From Alphaproteobacteria bacterium (GTDB taxonomy: Bacteria > Pseudomonadota > Alphaproteobacteria > Rhizobiales > Hyphomicrobiaceae), in the NCBI GenBank assembly GCA_005888525.1, contig VBAB01000070.1, positions 1-24,397 on the forward strand: a stretch of DNA of 24,397 nt, given 5' to 3'. Position 1 is the stretch's first letter. Every line of letters begins with the position of its first letter. Below the pieces are notes generated by a model. That model was not told the DNA's origin, made no database searches, and saw nothing but the letters and a program-made list of their open reading frames with translations. Below are positions 1 to 7,544 of this stretch, piece by piece. The position numbers and the translations under genes were made by a program.

Positions 1-268
1 GACGATCCGGAGCGCGGCCGGCCCAGGTCAGCTGCCCGGCCGTCGGCGTAACCAGACCTGCCAGCACGCGTGCGAGCAGGCTCTTGCCCGCGCCGTTCGG
101 GCCGATCAGGACCAGCGTGCCGCCGCCGCCGATCTCGACGTCGATATGGTCGAGAAGCCGCCGGCCGCCGCGCTCGAACACCAAGTCTTCGCCGCGGATC
201 GGCAGGATCGCACTGGCACATCGCGCGCCGTCGACAGCACTCTGGGGCGGCACTCCCACCTCAAGCAT
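1..268 (-). CDS. tupC: ABC transporter ATP-binding protein, tungstate/molybdate TupC-like (runs off the window start)
   Basis: Translated by hand from ATG at 268 (overlaps the tupB stop): MLEVGVPPQ...LPIRGEDLVFERGGRRLLDHIDVEIGGGGTLVLIGPNGAGKSLLARVLAGLVTPTAG. Walker A GPNGAGKS; directly downstream of the TupB-like permease. Not in the ORF track. Confidence 0.85.
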   Translation of the reverse strand, partial: MLEVGVPPQSAVDGARCASAILPIRGEDLVFERGGRRLLDHIDVEIGGGGTLVLIGPNGAGKSLLARVLAGLVTPTAGQLTWAGRAPDR

Positions 269-968
269 AGGCCGAGCGGGCCGCAGTCACCCGCAAGCCC
301 AACACCAGCGCGTTGACGACAACGGCGACGGTCAGCAGGATCAGGCCGAGACCGAGCGCCAGCGCCAAGTCCCCCTTCGAGGTCTCGAGCGCGATGGCGG
401 TCGTCATCACGCGCGTGACGTGATTGATGTTGCCGCCGACGATGATCACCGCGCCGACCTCGGCGATGGCGCGCCCGAAGCCGGCGAGGCAGGCCGTGAG
501 CAAGCTGAAGCGGCCATCCCACAGCAGCGTCGGTACCGCCCGCAGCGGCCCCACTCCGAGCGCGCGCAGCTGCTCGTCGTACTCCTGTCGCAGGTCCTCG
601 ATCGTCTGCCGGCCGAGCGCGGCGACGATCGGGGCAACCAGCACGGTCTGGGCGATGATCATGGCCGCGGGCGAGTAGAGCAGGCCGAAGCCACCCATCG
701 GGCCGGCATTCGACAGCATGAGGTAGATGACGAGCCCTACGACCACCGGCGGAAGTCCCATCAGGGCATTCAGCAGCAGGATCAGGATCGACCGGCCGCG
801 GAAGCTGCCGATGGCGATCAAAGCGCCAACCGGGAGGCCGATGAGGGCAGCGCAGAAGCTCGCTGCCAGGCTCACCTGCAAGGACAGGCCTACGATCTCG
901 GCGAGATCGGCGTCGAAGGTGGCAATCAGCCGAAGCGCTTCGGCAATGGCAGCGGCAAAATCCTGCAT
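261..968 (-). CDS. tupB: Tungstate ABC transporter permease, TupB family
   Basis: Hydrophobic helices with motifs LLNALMGLPPVVVGL, FGRAIAEVGAVIIVGGNI and TRVMTTAIALETSKG typical of TupB. Likely start MQDF at 968 (ORF track extends to 989). Confidence 0.88.
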   Translation of the reverse strand: MQDFAAAIAEALRLIATFDADLAEIVGLSLQVSLAASFCAALIGLPVGALIAIGSFRGRSILILLLNALMGLPPVVVGLVIYLMLSNAGPMGGFGLLYSPAAMIIAQTVLVAPIVAALGRQTIEDLRQEYDEQLRALGVGPLRAVPTLLWDGRFSLLTACLAGFGRAIAEVGAVIIVGGNINHVTRVMTTAIALETSKGDLALALGLGLILLTVAVVVNALVLGLRVTAARSAYA

Positions 969-1010
969 GGGTGCGCGCGGTTTGAGCAACTGTTGAGCTG
1001 CAGCATTCTG

Positions 1011-1304
1011 CTAATTCTTAATCAGCGGGTCAAAGCAGTAAACCGTGCATGACGGTGCAGTCTCGCGTGATGCCCATTGCGCGACTGCTGCCGCCACTTC
1101 CACCAGCCAGCAGTGTCCGCCCAGCGCGTCGAGCGTCCTGTTCCATTCGCCGAGCATCGGCAGCCGGCTCTCGGCGACCGTGTATTTGACTTCCGCGCCC
1201 GTCTTCCCGCTGCGGATCACGACAACGGCCATCGCGCCCGGTGGCGCCTTCTCCGCGGCAATCGTGAGCGTGCGCTGGCCGGGGCTCGCCATCGTAGCGA
1301 TCAT
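1011..1304 (-). CDS. Small hypothetical protein (~93-97 aa)
   Basis: MIATMASPGQRTLTIAAEKAPPGAMAVVVIRSGKTGAEVKYTV... fills the gap between tupB and the FkbM gene; G/C-ending codons dominate the core. No recognisable family. Confidence 0.45.
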   Translation of the reverse strand: MIATMASPGQRTLTIAAEKAPPGAMAVVVIRSGKTGAEVKYTVAESRLPMLGEWNRTLDALGGHCWLVEVAAAVAQWASRETAPSCTVYCFDPLIKN

Positions 1305-1385
1305 GCCCCATCCGCGATGCACGCGCACATGGTAGATCGTTGGTGACCGCAATATCGATGCAAGGCGCGTCCAGAGGATACGAGC

Positions 1386-2834
1386 ATGCGTGAGCTTTGT
1401 GTTCGCACTGCCGAGGATGGGGCAATTCTCTCCGTTCCAAATGCAATCAATGCCATTACGACCTATGTGCTGCTCGAGCAGGAAGCCTGGTTCGAGAAGG
1501 AAGTGGCGTTTGTCCGGCGATGTATACGGCCGGGTATGACTGCGATCGATATCGGAGCCAATCTGGGTGTGTACAGCATTCCGATGGCACGGCAAGCCGG
1601 GTTGACGGGAGCCGTATACGCTTATGAGCCCACCAGCGAGACACGCACGTTCCTAAACCGTAGCGCAGTGCTGAATGGCTGCGCGAACCTGCACATCATT
1701 CCAGCAGCGGTATCGAACCAAGAAGGTGAGGCGCATCTCGTTTTCGGCACGTCCAGCGAATTGAACGCTCTTGGTGCGAGTGGATCGGGGGAACGTGTGA
1801 GGCTTACGACCCTGGACCACGAGGACGCAACGAGGCAGTGGAGCTCTCCCGATTTCATCAAGATTGACGCCGAGGGGGAAGAGCAACGCATCCTCCAAGG
1901 GGGCAGCCGTTTTTTCGCCCGGCATTCACCCCTCGTCATGTTCGAAATCCAGGCAGGGACTACGGTCAATCATCATCTTCGCCACGACTTCTCAACCATG
2001 GGATATTCCCTATACCGTCTCTTGGCGGGGGAGCCTGTGCTGGTGCCGGACAGCCCAGATGCCCCCAACGACGGGTTTGAGCTCAACCTGTTCGCGGCGA
2101 AGGCCGACCGGGCCGCCAAACTGGCGGCAGCCGGGCTCTTGGCCGAGAAGGTCCCGACCTGGCAGCCGGATGCCGCCGCGCGACGCGAGGCCCTGCAGCT
2201 CATCGGACGCCACCCGTTTGGTGCTTCCCTGATGGCAGTGCACGCGGACGGAGCATCGCTCGATCCGCAGTTTCGGGATGGCTTGGCCGCCTACAATGTG
2301 TGGCGAACTGCCGAACGGCCACTGGATGTGCGCTGTGCGGCGCTCAATTTTGCCTTCAGCACTCTACAAGGCATCTGCCGCACGCATCCAAGTCTGCCGC
2401 GCTTGTCGACATTGGCGCGGGTTGCCCGGGAAGCAGGCCAACGTCTGGTCTGCGTGAATACCCTCGCGCAGTTGTTCGACCGATTGAGCAAAGGCGATGT
2501 GCAGGTCCAAGAACCGTTCTGGCCCGCCTGCTCGCGATTCGATGCGATTGATCCTGGCGAGGACAAGGGCGCGTGGTTTGTCTGCTCGGCATGCGAAGGA
2601 TTCGAGCGCGCCAGAAGTTTCTCCTCGATCTTTGCCGCGTCCAAGCTCGACCTCAAGTCGCTATGCACCAATCCATTTGCGTCGGCGGAAATGGAGCGTC
2701 GATGGATCCTGCAGCTCGCCTTGGCCGGAAAGCTTCCCAAAGTGCCTGCGCGACTCCGCGTGCCGGCAGCCGACCATGTCAACGCTGACATATGGTCCGC
2801 GGGCGGTGTACCCAACACAGCCGGCAACGCGTGA
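1386..2834 (+). CDS. FkbM-family SAM-dependent methyltransferase with a long uncharacterised C-terminal extension
   Basis: AIDIGANLG SAM motif, YAYEP, AAVSN, TTLD, FIKIDAEGEE and FEI motifs; AGAGGA RBS upstream; lower GC than its neighbours. Confidence 0.85.
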   Translation: MRELCVRTAEDGAILSVPNAINAITTYVLLEQEAWFEKEVAFVRRCIRPGMTAIDIGANLGVYSIPMARQAGLTGAVYAYEPTSETRTFLNRSAVLNGCANLHIIPAAVSNQEGEAHLVFGTSSELNALGASGSGERVRLTTLDHEDATRQWSSPDFIKIDAEGEEQRILQGGSRFFARHSPLVMFEIQAGTTVNHHLRHDFSTMGYSLYRLLAGEPVLVPDSPDAPNDGFELNLFAAKADRAAKLAAAGLLAEKVPTWQPDAAARREALQLIGRHPFGASLMAVHADGASLDPQFRDGLAAYNVWRTAERPLDVRCAALNFAFSTLQGICRTHPSLPRLSTLARVAREAGQRLVCVNTLAQLFDRLSKGDVQVQEPFWPACSRFDAIDPGEDKGAWFVCSACEGFERARSFSSIFAASKLDLKSLCTNPFASAEMERRWILQLALAGKLPKVPARLRVPAADHVNADIWSAGGVPNTAGNA

Positions 2835-2940
2835 CTTGGAGCAAGGTGAGAAAGCACACCCGACGGCACAACGGATCGACCGGCACGAACGACCGTGCCT
2901 CCATCGAGGTGCAAAGGCGCCTGACCCAACGACGCGCAAA

Positions 2941-2977
2941 GGTCAAGACTTGACCCGTGCCCGCTGCGGGGTACACA
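2941..2977 (+). promoter_or_regulatory. Candidate sigma70 promoter of aapJ with an overlapping palindrome
   Basis: GGTCAAG-A-CTTGACC (2941-2955) contains TTGACC at 2950-2955, followed 16 bp later by TACACA (2972-2977); about 100 bp upstream of aapJ. Confidence 0.35.
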
Positions 2978-3074
2978 CGTAGGCTTGTGGACCAGGGTCG
3001 GCCGCGCCAGCGCGGGACCCTTGCAGTCCATTGGACGTTCCCACGCTCGACAGGATTAACACGCGGTGGACGGC

Positions 3075-4106
3075 ATGAGGGGCCTCTTGCGCCGAGCCTT
3101 GCGTTTTGCCGCCGCCCTCGGCCTCACGGCGCTTGCCGCGGCCTCCCCCGTGCTGGCCAGCGTACTGGAGGGAGTGCGCGCACGCGAGCATCTGATTTGC
3201 GGCGTGGGCAACGGTCCCACGGGGTACTCCACGGTCGACGCCGAGGGCATTTGGAGCGGCATCAGCGTCGACTTCTGCCGCGCCCTGGCGGTGGCCGTTC
3301 TGGGCAACAAGGATGCCGTCAAGTTTCGCCCGGTGCTCGAGACCGAGCGCTTCTCTGCGCTGCTGGACGGGGAGATCGACGTGCTCTCGCGCAACGTCGC
3401 CATGACGTCGAGCCACGACACCGCGCTCGGCGTCCGCTTTCCCGGCGTCCTCGTCTTCGACGGCCAGGGCTTCATGGTGCGCAAGTCGCAAGGCGTCGCC
3501 AGCGCGCTCGAGCTGTCGGGGGCACGCATTTGCGTCATGGCGGAGACGGCCGATGCGCAGGGCATCGGCGACTACTTCAGCGCGCTCAGGATGCCATTCG
3601 AGCTCTCCAAGTTCGACAAGTGGCAGGACGCCGTCGCCGCCTATACCAACAAGAGCTGCCAGGTGCTTTCCGCAGACGTGTCCGTGCTGGGGCTCGCGCG
3701 TCAGAAGTTCTCAGACCCGAGCGAGCACATGATCCTGCCGGAAATTGCCGCCCGGCAGCTGGTCGGCCCGGCAGTCAAGCAAGGCGACGAGGAATGGTTC
3801 AGCGTCGTGCGCTGGACGATCTATGCGCTGATCGCAGCGGAGGAGCTGGGCATCACGGGCGCCAATGTCGACGCCATGAAGGGATCGACCAGCGCGGAGG
3901 TGCGCCGCTTTCTCGGCGTCGACACGGATTTCGGCCGGCGGCTCGGCCTCAGCGCCGACTGGACGCAACGCATGATCAAGCAGGTCGGCAACTACGGCGA
4001 GATCTTCGAGCGCCACCTCGGGCTCAAGTCGCCCTTGAAGCTGGAGCGCCGGCTCAACAACCTGGCCACCAAGGGCGGCCTGCACTACGCGCCTTCGTTT
4101 CGCTGA
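3075..4106 (+). CDS. aapJ: General L-amino acid ABC transporter substrate-binding protein, AapJ/BztA-like
   Basis: Signal peptide, then L-I-CGV, W.GISVDFCRALA.AVLG, ERFSALLDGEIDVLSRN, DGQGFMVRK, and QVGNYGEIFERHLG...NNLATKGGLHYAPSFR, all characteristic of AapJ. Confidence 0.88.
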   Translation: MRGLLRRALRFAAALGLTALAAASPVLASVLEGVRAREHLICGVGNGPTGYSTVDAEGIWSGISVDFCRALAVAVLGNKDAVKFRPVLETERFSALLDGEIDVLSRNVAMTSSHDTALGVRFPGVLVFDGQGFMVRKSQGVASALELSGARICVMAETADAQGIGDYFSALRMPFELSKFDKWQDAVAAYTNKSCQVLSADVSVLGLARQKFSDPSEHMILPEIAARQLVGPAVKQGDEEWFSVVRWTIYALIAAEELGITGANVDAMKGSTSAEVRRFLGVDTDFGRRLGLSADWTQRMIKQVGNYGEIFERHLGLKSPLKLERRLNNLATKGGLHYAPSFR

Positions 4107-4168
4107 CGCGGCGACATCGCGGCGATCTCACCATTTGGCTTGCAGTGCCTCACCACGAACGCCGCCTT

Positions 4169-4255
4169 CGTCCTGAGCCTGCATGCCCTCGGACTTGTTC
4201 CGAGGGTCGAAGGACGGCCGCACCCGCCTTGCCGTGGTTCGACAAGCTCACCACG
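4169..4255. repeat. CGTC-tagged REP-like doublet (TGAGC.TGTCGAA type) with a nested hairpin insert
   Basis: Unit 1 is CGTCCTGAGCCTG[catgccctcggacttgttccgaggg]TCGAAGGACG; unit 2 is CGTGGTTCGACAAGCTCACCACG (reverse complement CGTGGTGAGCTTGTCGAACCACG). Confidence 0.75.
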
Positions 4256-4439
4256 GGGTGGTGGATTACCGCTGAGTGAGAGACCGCCACCGCGAACGCC
4301 GCCTTCGCCGTCAGACTTTTCCGAGGGTCCAAGGACGCACCACGCATGCCAGCCTTGCAGGTCGCCGAACCCGCTATGCTTGCGCTGCTGCCGGCCCCCG
4401 CTACACTCGCCGGAAACAGACAAGTCGGGAGGGCGCCGC

Positions 4440-4790
4440 ATGCGCATTCACAATATCTACGTCGATGCGAAGGGGGAGACGCACTTCCGCGACATCGAGG
4501 TGAAGTGGGTCGAGGAGCGGGACTTCAGCAAGTTCTCCGAGCGGCTGAAGGCCACCGGCATCATCTTCCGCGAGACGTCCGGCGACTACGACCTCGACTG
4601 GCACCCCGCCCCGCGCCGCCAGTACATCATCAACCTCGACGGCGGCGTGAAGATCACGGCCAGCGACGGCGAGAGCCGCATCATCGGCGCCGGCGAGGTG
4701 CTCCTGGTCGAGGACACCAGCGGCAAGGGCCATCTGTCGAAGTCCGTGAGCGGCAAGATGCGGCACTCGATCTTCGTGCCGATCGATTGA
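4440..4790 (+). CDS. Small cupin-fold protein (116 aa)
   Basis: GGGAGGG RBS then MRIHNIYVDAKGETHF...; cupin-like motifs WHPAPRRQY and GEVLLVEDTSGKGH; strong GC3 bias. Confidence 0.8.
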   Translation: MRIHNIYVDAKGETHFRDIEVKWVEERDFSKFSERLKATGIIFRETSGDYDLDWHPAPRRQYIINLDGGVKITASDGESRIIGAGEVLLVEDTSGKGHLSKSVSGKMRHSIFVPID

Positions 4791-4847
4791 GGCGGCACGG
4801 GCCCCACCGGGCCGTCACCATTTCAGCCAATCAAAGGAGTCGCGCAA

Positions 4848-5810
4848 ATGTCGGTCGTACTGGGCAGCGGCGAGCATCGCTACCGCGTGGTGGAGAACTG
4901 GGCCAAGCTGCCCGACGGCTGGTCCTTCAAGGACGTCGCCGCCGTGGCCGTCGACGGCAAGGACCAGGTCTACGTGTTCAACCGCGGCGAGCACCCGATG
5001 ATGGTGTTCGACCGGGCGGGCAATTTCCTGCGCTCCTGGGGTGAAGGCATCTTCCGCCGCGCGCACGGGCTGCACATCGATGCCCACGACAATCTCTATT
5101 GCACCGACGACGGCGACCACACCGTGCGCAGGTGCTCGACCGCGGGCAAGATCGAGCTCACCATCGGCGTTCCCGGCAAGCCCGCACCCTTCATGAGCGG
5201 CGAGCCGTTCCATCGCTGCACCCACACCGCCCTCTCGCCCAAGGGCGACATCTACGTCTCGGACGGCTACGGCAACGCGCGCGTGCACAAGTTCTCGCCC
5301 GCCGGCAAGCTGCTGATGTCCTGGGGCGAGTCGGGCACCGAGCCAGGCCAGTTCAACATCGCCCACAACATCGCCACCGACGACGACGGCTGGGTCTACG
5401 TTGCCGACCGCGAGAACCACCGCGTCCAGGTGTTCGACGGCAACGGAAAATACGAGGCGCAGTGGAACAACCTGCACCGGCCGTGCGGCCTCTATTGCTG
5501 CCGCGGCAAGAAGCCCACGTTCGTCATCGGCGAGCTGGGACCCGGCATGCCCGTCAATCTCAAGGCGCCCAACCTGGGCCCGCGCCTTTCCATCGTCGAC
5601 GGCCAAGGCAAGCTGATCGCCCGGCTCGGCGGCAAGGAGGGCCCCGGGCTCGAGCCCGGCAAGTTCATCGCCCCGCACGGCCTGGCGCTCGATTCCAAAG
5701 GCGATATCTACGTCGGCGAGGTCTCCTACACCAACTGGAAGACCAGCTTCCCCGACAAGCCGATGCCGAGCTCGATCCGCTCCCTGCAGAAGCTGGAGAA
5801 GGTGAGCTGA
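4848..5810 (+). CDS. NHL-repeat beta-propeller, peptidyl-alpha-hydroxyglycine alpha-amidating lyase (PAL) family
   Basis: AAGGAG RBS; NHL repeats; YVSDGYGNARVHKF and YVADRENHRVQVF match the PAL DGYxNxR and DRENxR motifs. Confidence 0.85.
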   Translation: MSVVLGSGEHRYRVVENWAKLPDGWSFKDVAAVAVDGKDQVYVFNRGEHPMMVFDRAGNFLRSWGEGIFRRAHGLHIDAHDNLYCTDDGDHTVRRCSTAGKIELTIGVPGKPAPFMSGEPFHRCTHTALSPKGDIYVSDGYGNARVHKFSPAGKLLMSWGESGTEPGQFNIAHNIATDDDGWVYVADRENHRVQVFDGNGKYEAQWNNLHRPCGLYCCRGKKPTFVIGELGPGMPVNLKAPNLGPRLSIVDGQGKLIARLGGKEGPGLEPGKFIAPHGLALDSKGDIYVGEVSYTNWKTSFPDKPMPSSIRSLQKLEKVS

Positions 5811-5852
5811 AGGCGCAGCGACGCTGCTTTTGCGGGATGCACCCGGCTATTC

Positions 5853-5951
5853 GTCATGCCCGCCAAGCGAAGCGCTGAGCGGGCATCCAGGCGCAAAGGC
5901 GGTGCGGTGAAATTGGATTCCCGCATTTCGCTTCGCTCCGCGGGGAATGAC
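5853..5951. repeat. GTCAT...ATGAC REP-like doublet
   Basis: GTCATGCCCGC-caagcgaagcgctga-GCGGGCATCCAG ... TGGATTCCCGC-atttcgcttcgctcc-GCGGGGAATGAC. Confidence 0.8.
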
Positions 5952-5972
5952 GACGCAACGTAGGAGAGACAA

Positions 5973-6896
5973 ATGCCCCAGCAGCTTCCCGCGGTCAGCC
6001 TGGTGGCCGTGCCGGGACGGCGCCGCGCCACGCTCGAGGTCGCCCGCGAGATCGAGCGGCGCGGCTTTGCGGGCATCTACGCGCCCAGCGTCTTCTCAAA
6101 CATGTCGCTGTGCGAGGCCCTGGCGCATGTCACCGAGCATATCGCATTCGGCACCTCGATCGCGCCGATCTACGCGCGCACGGTTGGCGATTTCGCCCAG
6201 AGCGCCGCCTTCCTGCACGAGGTCTCGGGTGGCCGCTTCCGTCTCGGCATCGGGGTGAGCCACGCGCCGGCGCACGTGCGCATGGGCGTGACACCAGGCA
6301 AACCGCTCGGCGACATCAGCACCTTCGTGCAGAAGCTGCGCGCCCACGACGCCAGCGGCGCGCTGCCGCCGGTCTATCTCGCCACCCTGCGCAAGGGCAT
6401 GATCGCGCTGGCCGGCGAGATCGCCGACGGAATGGTGTTCGCCAACGGCGCACGCTCGCATATGGCGGACTCGCTCGCGGCCCTGCCGGCGGACAAGCGG
6501 AGGGATGCCGGTTTCTTCATCGGCAACATGATCCCGACCTGCATCAGCGACGACGTCGAGGCCGCCAAGGCGGTCAACCGCAAGACGCTGACCCACTACG
6601 CGCTGCTGCCGAACTACCGCAACTATTGGAAGGAAGCGGGCTACGTCGAAGAGATGACGGCGATCGAGACCGCCATCGCCGACAAGCGCATGGACGACGT
6701 GCCCAAGTACCTCACCGACGCCTGGCTCGCCGACTGCACCCTGTTCGGCCCCGCCGCCCGTGTGCGCGAGGACCTCGAAGCCTGGTACGCCGCCGGCGTG
6801 CGCACCCCCATCGTGGTGCCCTCCTCGGCTGCCGGCAACCAGATGAAGGCGAGGCCGCTTCGTCCGATCTCCACCGATCGGCGGCGCCAAGCCTAG
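5973..6896 (+). CDS. LLM-class (luciferase-like) flavin- or F420-dependent oxidoreductase
   Basis: AGGAG RBS; HIAFGTSIAPIYAR, GGRFRLGIGVSH and LATLRKGMIALAGEIADG are LLM TIM-barrel motifs. The last ~14 residues look atypical. Confidence 0.88.
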   Translation: MPQQLPAVSLVAVPGRRRATLEVAREIERRGFAGIYAPSVFSNMSLCEALAHVTEHIAFGTSIAPIYARTVGDFAQSAAFLHEVSGGRFRLGIGVSHAPAHVRMGVTPGKPLGDISTFVQKLRAHDASGALPPVYLATLRKGMIALAGEIADGMVFANGARSHMADSLAALPADKRRDAGFFIGNMIPTCISDDVEAAKAVNRKTLTHYALLPNYRNYWKEAGYVEEMTAIETAIADKRMDDVPKYLTDAWLADCTLFGPAARVREDLEAWYAAGVRTPIVVPSSAAGNQMKARPLRPISTDRRRQA

Positions 6897-7384
6897 TCCT
6901 GTGGAGATTGAAGCGGGGTTGCGGGAAAGTGATCGCGAAGCCGTGCTAGATTCACCACCAGCTCGTCAGCTTCCCGAGAAAGCGCCGCAATTTTTGCAGC
7001 GCTGTAGGGTTTCCGGGACCGCTTGAATTCCCCTCTCGCGGTAAACCGACACGCCACCAGCTCGCCATCGTCGCCGACAGTCCACAGACAGTGCACGATT
7101 GTGTTCCGTTCGTCTGCGATCCGTTTCGCGTCGTTCATGAGGTCGAATATCTTCTTGAACTCGCCATCCGGCTTTCCAAGCCCCAGCTTCATGAGGGCGA
7201 GCAAGCTCGACACCTTGCTGGCAAGCTGCTGATGGTGGACCGTGATGATGGCTGCCATGATGCTGCATCGCATGAAGCCCGCCAACAGATCGGTCAACAG
7301 GCTGTCGATCTTAGAGACGGCAACCACGAGCCGACCTATCGCACTCAAGTGATCTGGGCTTAGGACAATCGCTTGCTGGGCCAT
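6893..7384 (-). CDS. Hypothetical all-helical protein with an RNxxxH motif (HEPN-like, putative RNase)
   Basis: GGGAG RBS before ATG at 7384; 163 aa; ERNTIVH fits R-N-x3-H; lower GC; its stop overlaps the LLM stop in CTAG at 6893-6896. Confidence 0.65.
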   Translation of the reverse strand: MAQQAIVLSPDHLSAIGRLVVAVSKIDSLLTDLLAGFMRCSIMAAIITVHHQQLASKVSSLLALMKLGLGKPDGEFKKIFDLMNDAKRIADERNTIVHCLWTVGDDGELVACRFTARGEFKRSRKPYSAAKIAALSREADELVVNLARLRDHFPATPLQSPQD

Positions 7385-7544
7385 GAGTATCTCCCTTGAG
7401 AGACAGCGCAAATAAGTACGATCGACTGCTGGCACACCGAGTTGACGCCGCGGGGCGCCATTGCAACGCTACGGGTGTCTTGACCTTAACCGGCCGAAAT
7501 TGCAACGGGCGGACTACCGACATTTCGTGCAGCGCTGCTGACTT

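Noticed and set aside
4140-4439. ORF-track N-terminal extension of the cupin (216 aa)
   Set aside because: It translates through REP DNA into a Pro/Arg-rich string; the RBS supports the start at 4440.
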